In this document: positions 60,372-64,000 of the stretch, in pieces
How positions within the stretch are numbered: the first letter of the stretch is position 1
How the letters are laid out: each line of letters begins with the position of its first letter
From: Selaginella moellendorffii
Taxonomy: Eukaryota; Plantae; Lycopodiophyta
Assembly (NCBI RefSeq): GCF_000143415.4
Contig: NW_003314263.1
Coordinates: 4,157,628 to 4,221,627 of the forward strand
Reading direction: 5' to 3'
DNA: 64,000 bases
Made by a program: the position numbers and the translations under genes
The notes under the pieces: generated by a model
Told to the model about the DNA's origin: nothing
The model's database searches: none
The model's input: the letters and a program-made list of their open reading frames with translations, nothing else

Positions 60372-62381
60372 TTATTGAGATGGATGGATATTCTTGGATT
60401 TACCTTTTTTTGGTGGCCTGAGAGTTTCATCTCCTGGAAAGAAACTCTTTTGTGGAACTGGATATTTGCCACAGTTGTTGACCCATCCTTGTGGAGGAGG
60501 ACAAGTCGGTTCCACAGCTCTTCTTAACTCATAAAGCTCACTTTGGGTATACCTTAGGACGTGGTACCCTCGTTTCTCACTGGATTCAATAGATTTCTTG
60601 AGCAATCTCACCAATTGCCACTTCCAGCCGCTGTCAAATTCCAGCCCAAAAATCCTGAAGTAAACGTCCCAATCCCTTGCCTTGTACACATCTTTCATCA
60701 ATCGCATCAGCTTCTTGGTCATGGCTTCGGATGGAAACCCATATCTCTGGTCAAACTCCTCCGTTGACCTTGTCATGTTGAAAAAGTTGACCTGGAACAG
60801 GATCAGTTTCATGGATGTCTTGCAAGCTTGGAATGTTTGCCTGATTCGCAGCTCAGAGGGATAGTTCTCCGGCTCAATGTACGCCAGATGTGGGAAGTCT
60901 TTCAGGCACCATAGCACCCTTCTGGTAAGGGATTCGCCCAGAAACATCTTGGAGACCTGTGGCTTTTCTTTGTCTTTGGGTTGCCATTCAACATCCTTAG
61001 TAACTAGCAAGTAAGTGAGGAACTCCCCAAGGTCTGGGACTGCATTCTTTCCTCGGAGTTCTATGTTGTCGATGAAATCTTGAACTTTCTGTTGTATAAG
61101 GTTTGCCAACTCTTGGTCGTCCCTCACCAGCTTAGAAAACAAGTGATAGAGAAGGCAATATCCTTCCAGGGCAAACTCTGATGCCTTCATAAGCTGGTGG
61201 CTGGATCCACTACTCTTCAAGAAAGATGCCTTGTGCCGATCACAAGACTGCACAAGCCTGAGCACCATCAAGTTCATCATCACTGGAAGAGTTTCGAGCA
61301 CGACTTGAGGGCTCCATGTTTTGACATGCACCAGGTTCATAAGCGAGCTCTGCATTAAACCCTTAGCACGCTTGAAGTGCTCATCATCTAAGGCGAGCGG
61401 AAGGAAATACTGGAAGCTCACTCCGAGAAGGCTCTTGTTGTGAGAATAAACGCTGAAAGACTCATGAGAGAGCACGTCCAGCGACACAACTGTCGGCTTT
61501 AACTTGTTCAAGCTGTCGAGGTTGACTCCAATGCCCAAGACGACGTCTTTCTCTCTGAAAGTTTTCCGCAAGAAGAAGCACTTGAGCCGCCTTTCAAGAA
61601 GTCGAGTGTATATCTCCACACTCTTGTCAAACGCTTTTACGGACATAATCTCCCGGTCATCGAGCTTGTCAATGATCTCCATGCGGCAATCAACGTTCAA
61701 CCTCTCACACATCATATCTACGACATTTTTTAACGCTGGCTTTCCATGCTGCTTTCGTTTTGGCCGCGCCAAAGCCTCCAACGGCAAAACATCCTCGTCA
61801 CCATCAACATCTAACCCCAAAACCCCAAACAAATTTGTGTCCTCCTTCTTTTCTATCTCCTTGCACTTGATAACTGCCGTATCCACTGCCGAGAAACTCA
61901 CATTGAATCCACACTTTGGACACCGGTAACGTTCTACAAGCGGTTTCAAGCCTCGGGGACCTAAATACATCTTCGAGTAAGACTGTAGATTCACGTTGCC
62001 GCCACCATCTGACTGCTCAATATTGTCGCTTGAGAAGAGGCTCAAGAGCTGAAGAAAGACATAGCCAAGCAAGTAGCCTGGAGTATAACCCCCGAAAAAC
62101 TGGTGATTAAGAATATCGCAGCAGATCCAAGACCCAATGACGTTTGGGTGAGGCACCGGTGTCTGGATGGTTACCTTTGGGGGATCCGTTGGATACTTTG
62201 CCGGTATCTTGACATCCAGGTGGAGCTTCAAGCCCTGATAAGGGCCGCAAAGAGGTGACAAAACCAAGCACATCCGCTGCATGTCTTGCTCATCCACAAC
62301 AACGTCAATGCCCTTCAATGGCTCCTTGGCCAGATCCTTGAGATCACGGTGTAGCCGAACTTTCCATGGCGGCGTTGCCAT
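60372..62381 (-). CDS. Ubiquitin-conjugating (E2/UBC) domain protein with ~500-aa C-terminal extension, intronless
   Basis: RLHRDL, GPYQG, YPTDPPKV, HPNV, and ICCDIL with the catalytic Cys. 669-aa uninterrupted ORF. Confidence 0.88.
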   Translation of the reverse strand: MATPPWKVRLHRDLKDLAKEPLKGIDVVVDEQDMQRMCLVLSPLCGPYQGLKLHLDVKIPAKYPTDPPKVTIQTPVPHPNVIGSWICCDILNHQFFGGYTPGYLLGYVFLQLLSLFSSDNIEQSDGGGNVNLQSYSKMYLGPRGLKPLVERYRCPKCGFNVSFSAVDTAVIKCKEIEKKEDTNLFGVLGLDVDGDEDVLPLEALARPKRKQHGKPALKNVVDMMCERLNVDCRMEIIDKLDDREIMSVKAFDKSVEIYTRLLERRLKCFFLRKTFREKDVVLGIGVNLDSLNKLKPTVVSLDVLSHESFSVYSHNKSLLGVSFQYFLPLALDDEHFKRAKGLMQSSLMNLVHVKTWSPQVVLETLPVMMNLMVLRLVQSCDRHKASFLKSSGSSHQLMKASEFALEGYCLLYHLFSKLVRDDQELANLIQQKVQDFIDNIELRGKNAVPDLGEFLTYLLVTKDVEWQPKDKEKPQVSKMFLGESLTRRVLWCLKDFPHLAYIEPENYPSELRIRQTFQACKTSMKLILFQVNFFNMTRSTEEFDQRYGFPSEAMTKKLMRLMKDVYKARDWDVYFRIFGLEFDSGWKWQLVRLLKKSIESSEKRGYHVLRYTQSELYELRRAVEPTCPPPQGWVNNCGKYPVPQKSFFPGDETLRPPKKGKSKNIHPSQ

Positions 62382-62475
62382 GGTTAGGGCTTAAGAAGGT
62401 TTAGGGTATGGGGTTTATGATATCCAAAGGTTTGATATGAATATAAACATTAAGATGAAATCATCCCTATGCCTT

Positions 62476-62547
62476 GCCTTTGTAGCTCAGTGGTAGAGCG
62501 CCAGTCTTGTAAACTGGAGGTCCAGAGTTCGATCCTCTGCGGAGGCA
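62476..62547 (+). tRNA. trnT-UGU: tRNA-Thr(UGU)
   Basis: Acceptor GCCTTTG/CGGAGGC+A; D-arm GCTCAGTGGTAGAGC; anticodon arm CCAGT-CTTGTAA-ACTGG; T-loop GTTCGAT; followed by a T-run Pol III terminator. Confidence 0.96.
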
Positions 62548-62695
62548 ATTTTTATCGCATTTTTAGACTTTCCCGCCAATCCACGTGTCAAGCAAAGAGC
62601 ATTCTTAAATTTTTTATCCTTGGCCCTTATAAAAGAAGAGCGCAGTGGATCAGAAAATTAGGGTTCTTGGGCGGCATTGTTTTGGATTTCCAGAG

Positions 62696-63350
62696 ATGAT
62701 GCGTCGGGCGATCAATCGGGGCAACAGCGCCGCTGTGCCGGCCACTGTAGCGGCATCGGCAACATTTGTGAGTAATCCAATCCCTCCTGTCGGGCTTCCT
62801 CTCTCCCTCGATCTAGTGCTTCTCTGCTAGCAAATTGGGGGGATTTTGCCTGGAATCGCTGCATGCCGGGGCTGGATTTGTTTGCCCGGAGAAATCAGAC
62901 TGTCCGTTTTGCCCCCTCTATATGCAGATGTGCTCCAGATTTCGCTATGGCGCATTGTGGTTGAGTGACCTTGGATGGGTACGACCCCCTTGCATTGCAT
63001 GGCCTCCCACCAAAGCGTGTTTGCCTGGTCAATTCTCCTAGATCTCTCTTGTTCTTCCTTTCTTGCCTCTCTAAACCCGATCTTCTTCTTTTTCTTAGAT
63101 GAGGTTCTTCAAGCCGTGCGCCGCGTCTAGCGCCCAGCAAGCGGCGGGCAGCACTCCAAGCTCCTCGGACAAGGAGCCATCGTCGAGAGAGGGCTTCGTG
63201 CACACCCCATCGCTGGAGAAGGAGATGAAGACCAAGGACATCTTCAATGCCGCCAAGCGCAAGGAAGCGGAGGCCGCCGCCGCCGCCGCCGCCGAGAAGA
63301 GCAAGGAACGAGCCGGCGCTGCGGCCTATGGTACTGCGCAGCACAAGTAG
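62696..63350 (+). CDS. Small Ala/Lys/Glu-rich hydrophilic protein (107 aa, two exons; LEA-like, possibly mitochondrial)
   Basis: Exon 62696-62767 ends at a GTGAGT donor. A polypyrimidine-TAG acceptor precedes 63099. The join is phase 0. Confidence 0.55.
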
Positions 63351-64000
63351 GAGGATTGGGCGTCGCTCTGGCGCACAGTCCCACAGGTTTGGAGTGATTT
63401 CCTTCGCTCGTTTGATATCGACGAAAACAGGTAGAACTCTAGTACTGCTCTCTTTCTTTCTAGGTGGTGGTGGTGGAATCATTTAGGTGGTGAAGCTCGG
63501 CTCAGCTCACCGCAAGGATTGTCTCTCTCGATCGATCTCTGCGAGCTAGAGAGGCACAAGAAAAGAGAAAAACTTAAAAAGAGTGGATTTGTATATGTAT
63601 AGCTCCTGTTTTTGGGACTTGGGATCAATCAATCAGTAGACTTTGGTGGATGATGAACTTTTCTTTCTACAGTCGTATCGTACTACATCAAGATCGAATC
63701 TATCTCTATTATTTGATCGAGCTATGAAAGTTTCGGTATCTATCACTCACGGATCACGCACTACAGTGGCTTTTGCTCGCTCTCTCTCCAGCGTTGTCAA
63801 TCAGTGTGTCTGGAATGGAGGCATCAATAATGTCGTGTCGTGTGGATGTAGACATGCGCAGATTTACATGATTGATTGACTGGCTCTTGCGATTAGAAAA
63901 AATCAAGGACGAGAATGATTTTTTTTTTGCTTTTGTTTCACAAGCTCGAGGCTCTTCTCTCTCATTCAGTCTATTTACATGTTGGCCAGAAGAACAAGAA

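Overview
This is eukaryotic land-plant nuclear DNA, most likely a lycophyte (Selaginella). That is inferred from very compact genes, ~50-nt introns, PLS-class PPR genes and dense packing. The left ~35 kb is a transposon-rich, deletion-eroded zone. It holds a satellite-containing LTR and its solo copy, a dead Helentron-like Helitron, two copies of a degenerate Ty3/gypsy element, an intact 5S-bearing Cassandra TRIM, a MITE, a probable LINE remnant, gene fragments (tgt/QTRT1, PPR), a HAD/NIF phosphatase-like gene, and an inverted partial duplicate of the 55-59.5 kb region. The right ~29 kb is gene dense: PPR, petM, PPR, a GAUT1-like GT8, RRP12, CDC40/PRP17 and tRNA-Thr(UGU). It also carries a cluster of lineage-specific genes: a Crinkler-like P-loop NTPase + PD-(D/E)xK nuclease, an uncharacterised Cys/His-rich family in three copies, and an intronless extended UBC/E2. 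The most notable observations are the Crinkler-like gene with its neighbours, an apparent recent intron gain by tandem duplication of an AGGT-bounded exon segment, a gene-breaking micro-inversion, heavily deleted mini-copies of neighbouring genes, and tail-to-tail LTRs. All family assignments come from motif recognition by eye; no searches were run.
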